From positions 1 through 64,000 of the forward strand of contig CBDANQ010000061.1 in assembly GCA_965197725.1 (NCBI GenBank): a DNA stretch of 64,000 nt, given 5' to 3'. A program made the translations under genes and the position numbers. This document shows positions 32,304-41,533 of the stretch, one piece after another; position 1 is the stretch's first letter, and each line of letters opens with the position of its first letter. Below the pieces are notes generated by a model. It was not told the DNA's origin, searched no databases, and worked only from the letters and a program-made list of their open reading frames with translations. This stretch comes from Longimicrobiales bacterium. GTDB lineage: Bacteria; Gemmatimonadota; Gemmatimonadetes; Longimicrobiales; Gaopeijiaceae.

Positions 32304-32336
32304 AGGGTGATCGGAAAGGGGGGGTGGGCCGCCACC
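32304..32336 (+). repeat. Solo copy of the MITE-like terminal repeat
   Basis: AGGGTGATCGGAAAGGGGGGGTGGGCCGCCACC matches 57702-57734 (reverse) and the ends of 58896-59175. Confidence 0.75.
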
Positions 32337-32339
32337 CCG

Positions 32340-32470
32340 GGCCTCCCGAACGCCAGCAGGATAGAGCCGACGATCACCACGCCTTCCACGAAGACGCGCA
32401 GCCAGGGGATCTGGGCCTTCAATTACTGCCCATCCGCTCGCGAAGCTCGGTGAGCCAATTGGTAACGAGT
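32340..32470 (-). pseudogene. Two overlapping gene remnants: a C-terminus (LVTNWLTELRERMGSN*) and a membrane-protein start (MKAQIPWLRVFVEGVVIVGSILLAFG)
   Basis: Manual minus-strand translation with a TTGA stop/start overlap; the second ORF runs into the solo repeat. Confidence 0.5.
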
Positions 32471-32597
32471 GTCGGGCAACACTAACACGAGAGGTAGCTG
32501 GAGATGGTTGGCCGGAGTATCGGCTGGCTCCATTGGGGAGGAAGCGAGTCGTTGAGTACCAGGCTCATGTCAGCGAAAGCCGCTTTTCGCCCTCGGG

Positions 32598-32987
32598 TCA
32601 GCCTCCCGCAGACGCGAGCATGGCCCCGTAGGCCACCAATGCGACGAACAAGATCACGCCGAGCAAGAACAGGATTCCCATCACCTTGAACGCCGAGCCG
32701 AGCTTGTCCAGCGCGGTCATGAGGTGGTCGATGTCGTTGCCGGCGGTCTCGACCACGGTCTTCATGGAAACTGCCGCGCCCCGGAAATTGAGACCGATGA
32801 TGAAATAGATCGCCGCCGCGATGAGGGCGCCGAGGCGCTCGACGTCGAGGATCAGCATCCCGCCGATCACCATGAGGCCCCCGCTAGCCATCAGGATCCA
32901 GGCGAGCAAGCCGGCCCAAGTGGCCGCCTTCTTGAGAATCTCGTTCTGGGCTGCGGTGAATTCGTAGTGGCCGGTGTCGCTATCCAT
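32598..32987 (-). CDS. Hypothetical three-TM membrane protein
   Basis: MDSDTGHYEFTAAQNEIL... with three hydrophobic segments. Confidence 0.75.
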   Translation of the reverse strand: MDSDTGHYEFTAAQNEILKKAATWAGLLAWILMASGGLMVIGGMLILDVERLGALIAAAIYFIIGLNFRGAAVSMKTVVETAGNDIDHLMTALDKLGSAFKVMGILFLLGVILFVALVAYGAMLASAGG

Positions 32988-33146
32988 GCGCATCTCCCGA
33001 GTGGAGGGTAGAAGCGGCCCAAACGACGCCTCGCGTGAGCAGTGGCCGAGGGCCAGCAGAACCCGAAAGGGCCTCCGGCCGGCATCCGGGACCAAGATGT
33101 ACCGGCAACGGGCCAGGGGCAACAAGAACCCCCTGCCAAAAGGGGG

Positions 33147-33215
33147 TCAGAAGAGTAAGGAATCCGCCTCACCCGAATCGAACAGCGGCAGGATGTGCGG
33201 GTGCGTGCTGTTCGC
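33147..33215 (-). pseudogene. Internal Ser/Thr kinase remnant (subdomain IV)
   Basis: Translates to ANSTHPHILPLFDSGEADSLLF*. Confidence 0.65.
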
Positions 33216-33539
33216 GCGCGGTATGCATCTTTGGTCGTGCAGTTGAGGCGCAAATCCGTTCGCCAATGGCACTGAGTGTGACATATGGCTCGAAAGAAGG
33301 AATACCAGTGGGCCCTGCAAGACCAGATCTCGATAGTGGAGCTGGAGGACTGCCGAGAGCCGACGACGGGTTCCATGAACCATGTCGAGGATCTCCGAGA
33401 GGAGCGGTCCCAGATACAACGTATGCACGATGCGGGGCTTACCGGTCCACAGGAGGGTGATGTACATGCTCCCCGGAAGAGGGGCAGACCCAGTTAGCCG
33501 CGCGGGCTTGCCCGACGTGGCCACGGCGGTTAACTAAAC

Positions 33540-33663
33540 CAGATAAAGTAGAGGCGGGACACGACCGGTCGCGATCTCGCGGCGCTTCACGAGCGCCCCG
33601 TCGGAGTCGAGGGTGGCGATCACGAAACTGCGGTCGTGGAGATCGATTCTGTGCTTGAGCATG
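33540..33663 (-). pseudogene. IS110-family transposase N-terminal remnant
   Basis: MLKHRIDLHDRSFVIATLDSDGALVKRREIAT resembles the GIDLHK DEDD N-terminus; ends after ~40 aa. Confidence 0.55.
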
Positions 33664-33877
33664 ATGATCCGTGATGGGGTTCTGATGGGGGTCGCGGCTG
33701 AAGAAAGTGCCGTGATGAGCGAGCGAGCGTACGCAAGGGGTCGTTCACAGTTCGCAACACCGAAATCTCCACGCATTGCAGCCGCCATGACATCCCGACG
33801 GTCCTTAGTTCGACCTTATCGCCTGGCCTTCTTGCGATAGGTGACCGCAAGCCAACTCTTAGACTGGAGGTTTGAGT

Positions 33878-34789
33878 ATGCGCGGCATGGTATGCGGCAT
33901 GGTATTCGGGCTGCTCTTGGTGCTTTTCAGTGGTCGAGCGTTCGCCCAGCAATCAGTCATGCTGGACGAACTGACGGCGTCTGAAATCATCGACGCAGTG
34001 GCAGCAGGAAAGACGACGTTGATTCTGTATACGGGAGGCCACCATGAAAACATGTACTCCAGTACGGTCAACAGCGTAAATGGACCAACTCGAGACGCCG
34101 TTGTCATCGGCAAGCACAACATCATTGGCCAGTACTTGGCGCGTCGTGTTGCCGAGGAACTCGGGAACGCCTTGGCGCTTGGCGTCATCCCATACACGCC
34201 CAATGGGAGGGCCATGGGGCAATCAGGCGAGGAATATACGGGCGAGCTCGAGGAAAACCCCGGGCATATGAGGTTTCCAGGTACGATTAGCGTCACGGAT
34301 GAAACCTACCTGCGCCTGCTGGACGACATCGCGAGCAGCGCCATCATGTCGAGCCACTTCAAGAATGTCGTCATGCTGGGCGACAACGGTGGTGGTCAGA
34401 ATGTGATGAAGAACGCGGCGGAGGGGCTCAGTAGTAAGTGGGAGCCTAAAGGAGTGGGCGTCTACTACTTCAACGTTTATGCAGAGGCCAAACTGGAGTG
34501 TGCGAAGACGATCTCGCAGCTCGCCCTGCCGCCAGAGTTGCCAAGGGGCAGCGGGCCAGGGGGCGGATGTATCATTCCGATCGACGATGCGGCGGAAGTG
34601 CTCGCGCTCGATCCAGATGGCAAATTCGTTCGGATACATAAACTCACCGTTCCGCCGGTCGGGGCCAGACTGGTGACACCAGAACTAGGACGTATTCTTC
34701 TGGAGCAGAAGGTGAAACTGGCGGTGGGCCATATCCTCGACGAAGTGCCACGGAGCCAGGGGGTCACGTTCGCGCCCGACTCCCACTAG
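33878..34789 (+). CDS. Creatininase-family amidohydrolase-like protein, exported
   Basis: RBS GGAGG; signal peptide ending AFA; LDELTASEI, GKHN, FPGTISV, LGDNGGGQ. Confidence 0.8.
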   Translation: MRGMVCGMVFGLLLVLFSGRAFAQQSVMLDELTASEIIDAVAAGKTTLILYTGGHHENMYSSTVNSVNGPTRDAVVIGKHNIIGQYLARRVAEELGNALALGVIPYTPNGRAMGQSGEEYTGELEENPGHMRFPGTISVTDETYLRLLDDIASSAIMSSHFKNVVMLGDNGGGQNVMKNAAEGLSSKWEPKGVGVYYFNVYAEAKLECAKTISQLALPPELPRGSGPGGGCIIPIDDAAEVLALDPDGKFVRIHKLTVPPVGARLVTPELGRILLEQKVKLAVGHILDEVPRSQGVTFAPDSH

Positions 34790-34872
34790 CAGCTCCGACC
34801 TTCCTCGTTCCCGTTCTTCGTCAAAATGCGGATTCGTGCTCGGGAGAGCTGCGCACGTAGCGCTAGGCTTAT

Positions 34873-36291
34873 TCAATTCAATTCTTCCCTAGGTTCCCAG
34901 CGGATGATGGGTGGGAGAGAAGGCAGACACGCGGGGGCTGTGTTGTTGTGCAAGAAGCGGGTTTTGGGGTCTGACGAGGCGATATTCGGCCCAAGGAAGG
35001 CGAAATAGCGCCGAATACGGCGGAAAAAGCGCGAGACGCGGGTTGTAACCTGAGTTGCGAGCGCAGCTTGTACGGTAGTGAGGCCCTGTAACGCACGGGG
35101 GGTTCCAACCCCGAACCGCTTGCGCATGAGAAGGCCGAGGTTGAAGGCCGCCGCGTGGATCAACATCCGTTTTCGAATCTCCTCCTGGCCCCGTATGTGG
35201 ACGCGACGCAGCCCTCCGGTCACAAGCAAGTGCGCAAACCCCCGCTCCACCTTCTCGCCGCGCTGGCGCAGCAGCCGCATCCCCCGGTTGCCGCGGATCC
35301 GGCGGCGGTTGTCGTAGGTCGGCTTCTGCGCGTCCCGGTTGTTCTTCCATTTCCGGCGCCCGCGGTTGGGCTCGCTCACATAGCTGCGCAGCTCCCGCTC
35401 CTTCACGCCCGTCATGGTCTTGTTCGAGTGGTAGCCTTTGTCGGCCACCACTTCCTCGGGCTCTACCTGCACTACTTCCAGCTGCCGCTCTGCCTCGTCC
35501 AGCGTGTTGGGCAGCGACGCCACATCTCCCCCGTCCATCGTCTGCACCGTCACCGCCACAAGCGCACCGGTCTCCATGTCGACCGCCTGCTCCAACTTGT
35601 GCGCCAGGCGCGTCCTGCCGTCCTTCATCTTCGTGATCCGCGCCTCCGGGTCGTGCGGATGCACCCAGTCTTTGTTCGAGCCCTTCTTCGGACGCTTCCG
35701 GTCCAGCGTCGTCAGATCCTTGCGCGTCGGCGTCTCGATCCCCGACGCCCGGGCCACCTGCTCCAGCCATTCATCGTAGCCCAACCCGTCGTCGCGCCGC
35801 ACGATCGTGCGCATCGCCGCATTCGCCTCCAGCGTCGTCGAGTCGACGCCCAGCGTCTTGCCGCTCAGCAACCCCGACCCCTTCAGCAGCTCCAGCACCC
35901 GCCCGAACACCGCCGCGTGCGCTTCCACGCTCAGGCGCTTGCGCGTCTTCGACAGGGTCGAATGCTCCGGCGGGTTCTTCGCCCACCCGTATCCCAGAAA
36001 CTCACGCAACGACAACGAGTCCCCACACCGCCAGGCAATGCCCCGCTCCGAGCCGATCCCTTCGAGGTAGCCCACCATCATCATTCGGAAATACACCCCG
36101 GGAGCAATCCCCGGCCGACCCCGATTGTCCGCGTAGAACTCACGGCATGCCTCTTCCGCGAACTCGTCAAACCCGCTTTTCGCCAGAAGCTCGTTCAAGG
36201 CCCAGTAGAACGGGTTGTCCAAGGCCCGAATCTCGCTCGCCACCACGAACATCTCGCCCTGCCGAGCCTCGGGCCGCTTGCCTACCGCCAT
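34873..36291 (-). CDS. DDE transposase copy 2 (IS1182/IS5-like), altered C-terminal residues
   Basis: Nearly identical to 29114-30535; ends WEPREELN instead of WEPISSTDC. Confidence 0.92.
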   Translation of the reverse strand: MAVGKRPEARQGEMFVVASEIRALDNPFYWALNELLAKSGFDEFAEEACREFYADNRGRPGIAPGVYFRMMMVGYLEGIGSERGIAWRCGDSLSLREFLGYGWAKNPPEHSTLSKTRKRLSVEAHAAVFGRVLELLKGSGLLSGKTLGVDSTTLEANAAMRTIVRRDDGLGYDEWLEQVARASGIETPTRKDLTTLDRKRPKKGSNKDWVHPHDPEARITKMKDGRTRLAHKLEQAVDMETGALVAVTVQTMDGGDVASLPNTLDEAERQLEVVQVEPEEVVADKGYHSNKTMTGVKERELRSYVSEPNRGRRKWKNNRDAQKPTYDNRRRIRGNRGMRLLRQRGEKVERGFAHLLVTGGLRRVHIRGQEEIRKRMLIHAAAFNLGLLMRKRFGVGTPRALQGLTTVQAALATQVTTRVSRFFRRIRRYFAFLGPNIASSDPKTRFLHNNTAPACLPSLPPIIRWEPREELN

Positions 36292-36368
36292 CGCCGTCCT
36301 CGCTGCAAAAACCCTCGTGTCCTCCTGATTTAACACAACAGCGATGACCGGACTTTATCCACGGTCTG
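34890..36368 (-). mobile_element. IS1182/IS5-like insertion sequence copy 2, right TIR missing
   Basis: Left end CAGACCGTGGATAAAG (minus strand) next to CTAG at 36369-36372; identity to copy 1 stops at a CTAG at 34889-34892. Confidence 0.9.
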
Positions 36369-36405
36369 CTAGTCGCTTCTCACATCTCACAAAGGGGGGT
36401 GGGCC

Positions 36406-37329
36406 ATGCAAGACGGAAGCTGTTTCCCGGACGCTGGCACGCGGCATGTGGTTTGGGCAACTGGCCTAGCGGTCCTCCTCGGAGGCGTTCTCGCAGGGTG
36501 TTCGCCTGTTCAGGAGGGCCGCGCACAGCAAGGGCAAGGTGGCCGGTTGAATGGAATTATCGAGCGGGCCGAGCGGGGTGAGCTGATCTTTAACGGGGAA
36601 TCATGGCAAATGCTGCCGGATCAGGAGCACGATGTGTTCGGACTTTTCAAGCTCGAGGCGGCACTCGCCACCCTTCGGCCGGAAGGGTCCACGCGGCCGA
36701 CGCTGGCGCCAGTAGTGCGAGTTGGGATGGAAGCCGGTCAGCAAGAGAAGCATTACGTCAAGCAGCTGCTGGATGCAGGCCTCATGGGGCTCATTCTCCC
36801 ACAGGTCCAGACGGCGGAGCAGGTATACGAGTTCATCTCCGCGATGCGCTATCCGCCCCAGCAAGAAGGACGATGGTACTCGGGGGAACCGCTCGGGAAG
36901 CGAGGGTGGTCCCCAGGTCGGGCAGTACAGTTATGGGGAGTGAGTACGGAGGAATACGCACGCAAGGCCGACGTGTGGCCCCTCAGTCCGGAGGGGGAAC
37001 TGCTTGCGATAATCTTGGTTGAGACGAAGCAGGCGGTGGACAACATTGAGGATATTCTCGAAGTACCGGGCTTAGGAGCGGCATTACTGGGTATGGGCGA
37101 CCTGAGCATGTCGCTGGGCGTGGGGACACCCGCTTCCGATCAGAACCATCCGGACGTTATGGCCGCTGTCGATCGAGTCGCTGCGGCCTGTGCGGCGCAT
37201 CAAGAAAGGGGAGGAAAAGTCATCTGCGGCAGGTATCAGACGCCAGAAGGTCTTGAAGCCGCCATCGGCAAGGGATTCACGATGTTTACGTCCGAGCGGG
37301 GAAGCTATCGGGGGGACCTGACTCGCTAG
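36406..37329 (+). CDS. HpcH/HpaI aldolase family protein with predicted lipoprotein signal
   Basis: KQLLDAGLMGLILPQV, AMRYPP, LVET, GMGDLSMSLG; lipobox VLAGC. Confidence 0.85.
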   Translation: MQDGSCFPDAGTRHVVWATGLAVLLGGVLAGCSPVQEGRAQQGQGGRLNGIIERAERGELIFNGESWQMLPDQEHDVFGLFKLEAALATLRPEGSTRPTLAPVVRVGMEAGQQEKHYVKQLLDAGLMGLILPQVQTAEQVYEFISAMRYPPQQEGRWYSGEPLGKRGWSPGRAVQLWGVSTEEYARKADVWPLSPEGELLAIILVETKQAVDNIEDILEVPGLGAALLGMGDLSMSLGVGTPASDQNHPDVMAAVDRVAAACAAHQERGGKVICGRYQTPEGLEAAIGKGFTMFTSERGSYRGDLTR

Positions 37330-37382
37330 TCTGGAGGGTGAGGCACGGCGGTCTCCCGCGTGGGTTGCGTGGTGCATACGCC

Positions 37383-38240
37383 CTAGCGGCTCGCAATCGC
37401 GGCCCGGATGGCCTTCGCCGTGATGGCAGCACGGTACGCAACCAGGCGTCGACCGTTCTCGATCGTCTGTTCCAGAGGCGCAAGGTCCACGCCATTGATG
37501 CTGAACAGACCAGCCTCCAGGCGCTGTTCCGCCCGAATCCGGTTCGGGTCGGTCGTCGCGATAATCGATGAATAGTGGTAGTCGTCGTGGTATTCGTTCC
37601 GCGTCGCCGCACACTCGTCCGGCTGTTGGAAGATCCCCAGCTCCTCCTTGAGAAAGTCGCAACTGTAGATGTCCTCACTGTAGTACTCGGGAATGAAGTG
37701 CACTCGAGCGGGTGTGCCACTCCACGCGGCGTTCAGCTGCTCGGTCACCGTCGCCATGCCATGCCGATTCCCGCCACTATCGCCGATCAACACGATATCG
37801 TTGAAGCCGTGCATCGCGAGGCTGCTCACCACGTCCGTGAGCAGGGCGACGAACGTTTCTTGGGTGACGCTGATCGTGGCGTGATAGCGCATGTGACCGG
37901 AGGGCGGATCAATATCACCTTCCGGCACGAACTTCACGATCGGAGCGACCAGGGCATCTCCGAGCTCCCGAGCGATCGCCTCGGTCGTCGCCTGCAGCAC
38001 GAAGTTGTGTTTGCCGCTCGCCACATATGGACCGTTCTGCTCGACGCCGCCGGTCGCGACGATCGCGGTGGTCGTGCCCCCCTCGATCGCGTCCCGGACC
38101 TCCATCCACGTCATCTCCTCGATGAATACCGTGCTGAAGGCGGCGATCGGACGGCGTGCGTCGAGGTCCTGCGCCACGGCGGCCGAGCCCAGGAGATGCA
38201 GGGATGCAAGCCCCGCTATGATCCAGATCGACTCTCTCAT
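37383..38240 (-). CDS. Creatininase-family protein, exported
   Basis: Signal peptide ending AVA; EEMTWMEVRDAI, GGVEQNGP, GKHN, IGDSGGN. Confidence 0.88.
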   Translation of the reverse strand: MRESIWIIAGLASLHLLGSAAVAQDLDARRPIAAFSTVFIEEMTWMEVRDAIEGGTTTAIVATGGVEQNGPYVASGKHNFVLQATTEAIARELGDALVAPIVKFVPEGDIDPPSGHMRYHATISVTQETFVALLTDVVSSLAMHGFNDIVLIGDSGGNRHGMATVTEQLNAAWSGTPARVHFIPEYYSEDIYSCDFLKEELGIFQQPDECAATRNEYHDDYHYSSIIATTDPNRIRAEQRLEAGLFSINGVDLAPLEQTIENGRRLVAYRAAITAKAIRAAIASR

Positions 38241-38420
38241 GACAGAAATCCTCCTGGCGAAAGGAACTCCCCCTTAGGCCGTGATCTGTACCTATCACGA
38301 TGACAAGATCGGTGACGAGCCCCCCGCCGCAGGGAAGACATGGGCTTCCAGCTTTTTGGGCTTACGGTCAGCTAGTGGCCCGAATCGGGTGGGTGGTTCC
38401 TTTACCGACGCTGTGATGGC

Positions 38421-39022
38421 TTAACGGCCGCCATGCCCCGCCGGCTCGTCAGCGTCCGACCCGAGGAAGCGGATCAGCTCGGCGTTCACGATCTCCGGCA
38501 CCTCTTCGTGCGGGTTGTGGCCGACGCCGGGGATCAGGAAGACTTCGGCGTTGGGGAGCACGTCCACCGCATGCCGCGCGTTCCCAGGAAAGTCGGGTCC
38601 GTCGATCTCACCGCCGAGGATCAGCGTCTTCGTCTGGACGTGGGGCCAGTCGTCCACGACCGTATCCATCGAACGCAGGTTGCCACCGAGCGACCGTACA
38701 TAGGCCAGTCGCGGCCAGTCGCCGCTGAGGCGTTGGCCGTACCGGATACGAACGTGCTCGATGAACTTGGGTTTCCAGTTCACGTAGCGGCGCATCTCCG
38801 TCCGAACCCCGGCCTCGTACGCGCTCCGCAGGTCCGGCTCCGCGTCGATCTCCCCGGTGAAGGGCCGATACCCCCTTCCTGCGCGGCGGTCGGTCAGACC
38901 GGTCTGGTTGACCGTCACGAGGTGCGTCGTCATCTCCGGATAGAGGAAGGCGAAGCGGGTGGCCATCTGGCCGCCGATCGAGTGGCCCACGATGGCTGCC
39001 TCGGAGATCCCCAGGTGCTCTA
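38421..39022 (-). pseudogene. Alpha/beta hydrolase, 5'-truncated
   Basis: LEHLGISEAAIVGHSIGG...GHNPHEE; the N-terminal HG motif region is absent; begins at the CTAG junction. Confidence 0.8.
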
Positions 39023-39244
39023 GCCCACGAGCAGAAGATCACCGCGATGATCCACGCCATCTACGACCTGGCTCGAAAGAAGAAGGACTACGCCACGGAG
39101 GCGCACCTTCAGTGGTTCATCACCGAGCAGGTCGAGGAGGAGGGCAAAGCAGGACTCGCGGTGGAGCAGCTGCAGCTGGCGGGGGACGACACGTCGGCAC
39201 TGCTCATGCTGGATCACCGCCTCGGGCAACGCCCTAAGGGATAG
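39020..39244 (+). pseudogene. Ferritin, 5'-truncated
   Basis: LAHEQKITAMIHAIYDLARKKKDYATEAHLQWFITEQVEEE matches the non-haem ferritin C-terminal half. Confidence 0.85.
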
Positions 39245-39329
39245 CAGGTCGCCAGCAGCAATCATCGCACGTAACTCGTGCACTATTAGTTGCGACCTTT
39301 GCCAGACATCGGCTGGAAGTGCCACATCC

Positions 39330-40568
39330 TCACGCGGGTTCGACCTCCACCTCCATTCGAGCGTGTGCGACTCGGAGCGCGGTCTCTACCTGATCAGGCG
39401 TCTCCGCGTTGGCGAAAAGGAACCCTAGGTACCGATCGCCCTCAGGCAGGGGGACCATGGTCTGGCCTGGTGTGATCGTGATCTCGAGTCCCTCGATGCC
39501 CGGCACTTCAAGCGCCGCCTCTAACCCGCCGACCTGGCGCAGGACGCCGGACTGGGGAATCGGCAGCATCATGACGCCTGCCGCCCCGGTCTCTCGAACG
39601 AAGCCGTGAAGCGGCATGCCCAGCGCATGGCGCAGTATGAGCTCCTCCAGGGCTGCTTCCGGGTCGAACTTGAGGATCGCTGAGCAACGACCCCCGATCG
39701 AACGCGGGGCGATCTCGAGAAGTGAGATTTGGTCGGCGTCCACCCGCAACTCAGCGTGAATGGGGCCGTCAGAGAGGCCCAGGTGGGCAGCGCAGCGCCG
39801 CACGAAGAACACGATATCGTCCTGAACCCTGTCCGGGAGACGCGAAGGAGTCACGAGGATGGTCTCCTCGAAGAATGGCCCCTCCATAGGGTCCGGTTTG
39901 TCCAGGATGGCCAAGGTGAGGAGCTCACCCCCGGCGACGATCCCTTCAACCGCAACCTCGCGTCCTGGCAGGTAAGCCTCGATCAGGATCTCGGCCGCCA
40001 CGCCTTCGCTTCGCCCAACAACATCGCTCCCCTCGAGAATTCCCCGAATGCGGTGCCAGGCGCGGACGAACTCGTCGGGCGCATCGGCTCGGATCACACC
40101 GCGGCTGGCTGAGAGCGAGAGCGGCTTGAGAACACAGGGGAAGCCAGTCCTTGAGGCTACACTTACCGGATCGTCGCGGAGTGAGGCCACGTGGAAGCAA
40201 GGTGACGAGACCCCCGCCGCCGAGAGTCGCTTCCGCATAAGAGCCTTGTCCCGGGCATAGCGGACCGCCTCGCGCGGATGGTGCGTCAGGCCGAGAGCCT
40301 CGGACGCCGCTGCCGCCAACGGCGTGAACGCGTCCTCAGCCGCCACGATCCCCGCCAGGGGATAGTCGGAGGCGAACCGCACGACGGTGGCGGTCGATCG
40401 GTCGACGTCCCTGACGCCAACCGAGAGGGTGCCGCCTGGAGCGAGATCGGCTAGCACCTGCCTGTGATTCGAACCCACCGTCACGTCCACGCCGAGGCAG
40501 CGGGCCGCTAGGAGAAAAGCCTCGGCTCGATAGCTGGTTCGCGCGAACAGGAGAAGGACCCTTGGCAA
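39330..40568 (-). CDS. ATP-grasp domain carboxylate-amine ligase
   Basis: RDKALMR, PCVLKPLSLSASRGVIRA, EAYLPG, HAELRV, EIAPRSIGG. Confidence 0.9.
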   Translation of the reverse strand: MPRVLLLFARTSYRAEAFLLAARCLGVDVTVGSNHRQVLADLAPGGTLSVGVRDVDRSTATVVRFASDYPLAGIVAAEDAFTPLAAAASEALGLTHHPREAVRYARDKALMRKRLSAAGVSSPCFHVASLRDDPVSVASRTGFPCVLKPLSLSASRGVIRADAPDEFVRAWHRIRGILEGSDVVGRSEGVAAEILIEAYLPGREVAVEGIVAGGELLTLAILDKPDPMEGPFFEETILVTPSRLPDRVQDDIVFFVRRCAAHLGLSDGPIHAELRVDADQISLLEIAPRSIGGRCSAILKFDPEAALEELILRHALGMPLHGFVRETGAAGVMMLPIPQSGVLRQVGGLEAALEVPGIEGLEITITPGQTMVPLPEGDRYLGFLFANAETPDQVETALRVAHARMEVEVEPA

Positions 40569-40593
40569 GAACTGTCCGCCGCTGGAGGGCCCG

Positions 40594-41205
40594 CTACTTG
40601 GCGGCGGTGAAGTAGGGGCTATCGCCAGCCGAGTGGTTGGTTACGTCCTGGATGCCCGCGATCTCCGGCACCTGTTCCATGAAGATTCTCTCGATCCCCT
40701 GGCTCAGGGTTACGGACGCCATTCCGCACCCCTGGCAGCCCCCGCCCATCTGGAGGTAGACGATGTTGTCCCTCACCTCGACCAACGTTACGCGCCCGCC
40801 ATGCTGGGCCACTCCAGGGTTCACGTATTGATCGATCACCTGCTGAACCCGGTCAGCGAGAGGGCCCTCCAACGGCTTGGAGCCGATCGGCTCCAGGTTC
40901 GGGTTCTCCACTTTGAACCCGCTCTCCATCACGGTTTCGATCCAATCGATGCGGGCACCGTCAAGGATCTTCGCGCTCTCGGGGTCCATCACAACCTCGA
41001 ACCCGTGGTCGTCGAACACGAGGTCTTCTTCGCACTTCTCATGGTGCTCGATCAGCGTGATGTCGTAACGGGGATCAAGCGGACTGGGGCTCGCGACGTG
41101 GATGCGCAGTGCAAACCTGGTGTCGCTGTCCCTCTCAAGGAAGCCGAGGACCGTCTCTCTTGCGAGGTCCGTAAACTCGACGGGCGCCTTCGTGGTGTTG
41201 CTCAT
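40594..41205 (-). CDS. nfuA: Fe-S biogenesis protein NfuA (degenerate A-type domain + NifU C-terminal domain)
   Basis: NPGVAQHGG, GGGCQGCG. Confidence 0.88.
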   Translation of the reverse strand: MSNTTKAPVEFTDLARETVLGFLERDSDTRFALRIHVASPSPLDPRYDITLIEHHEKCEEDLVFDDHGFEVVMDPESAKILDGARIDWIETVMESGFKVENPNLEPIGSKPLEGPLADRVQQVIDQYVNPGVAQHGGRVTLVEVRDNIVYLQMGGGCQGCGMASVTLSQGIERIFMEQVPEIAGIQDVTNHSAGDSPYFTAAK

Positions 41206-41533
41206 TGCTTAAGCGTCGACTCTGGGCTGGTCGATGGACGAGCCCTAATCTAGGGCATCATGGGCCGCCCGTCACGCTTCCCATTCACTTCCCGCCAGCC
41301 CGACGTCCGGGCGCTTATCACGGCCTCTCTCGCGCACACGTTGCTGATGTGGCGTGCGAGTTGTAATGGAGTTGACCCTGTTGTGCTTCAGGACCTCTCG
41401 GACAAGTGGAATCCGGCCGCTTCAGCAAGCAGTAGCGCATACCCTGAGGACGGGCACATAGCGGTCGGCCTGGAGGCGCCTGGCCTCGCTCGTGTGCCCG
41501 GCCTCGGAATAGGCCGCACCGAGAAGCACCCGA

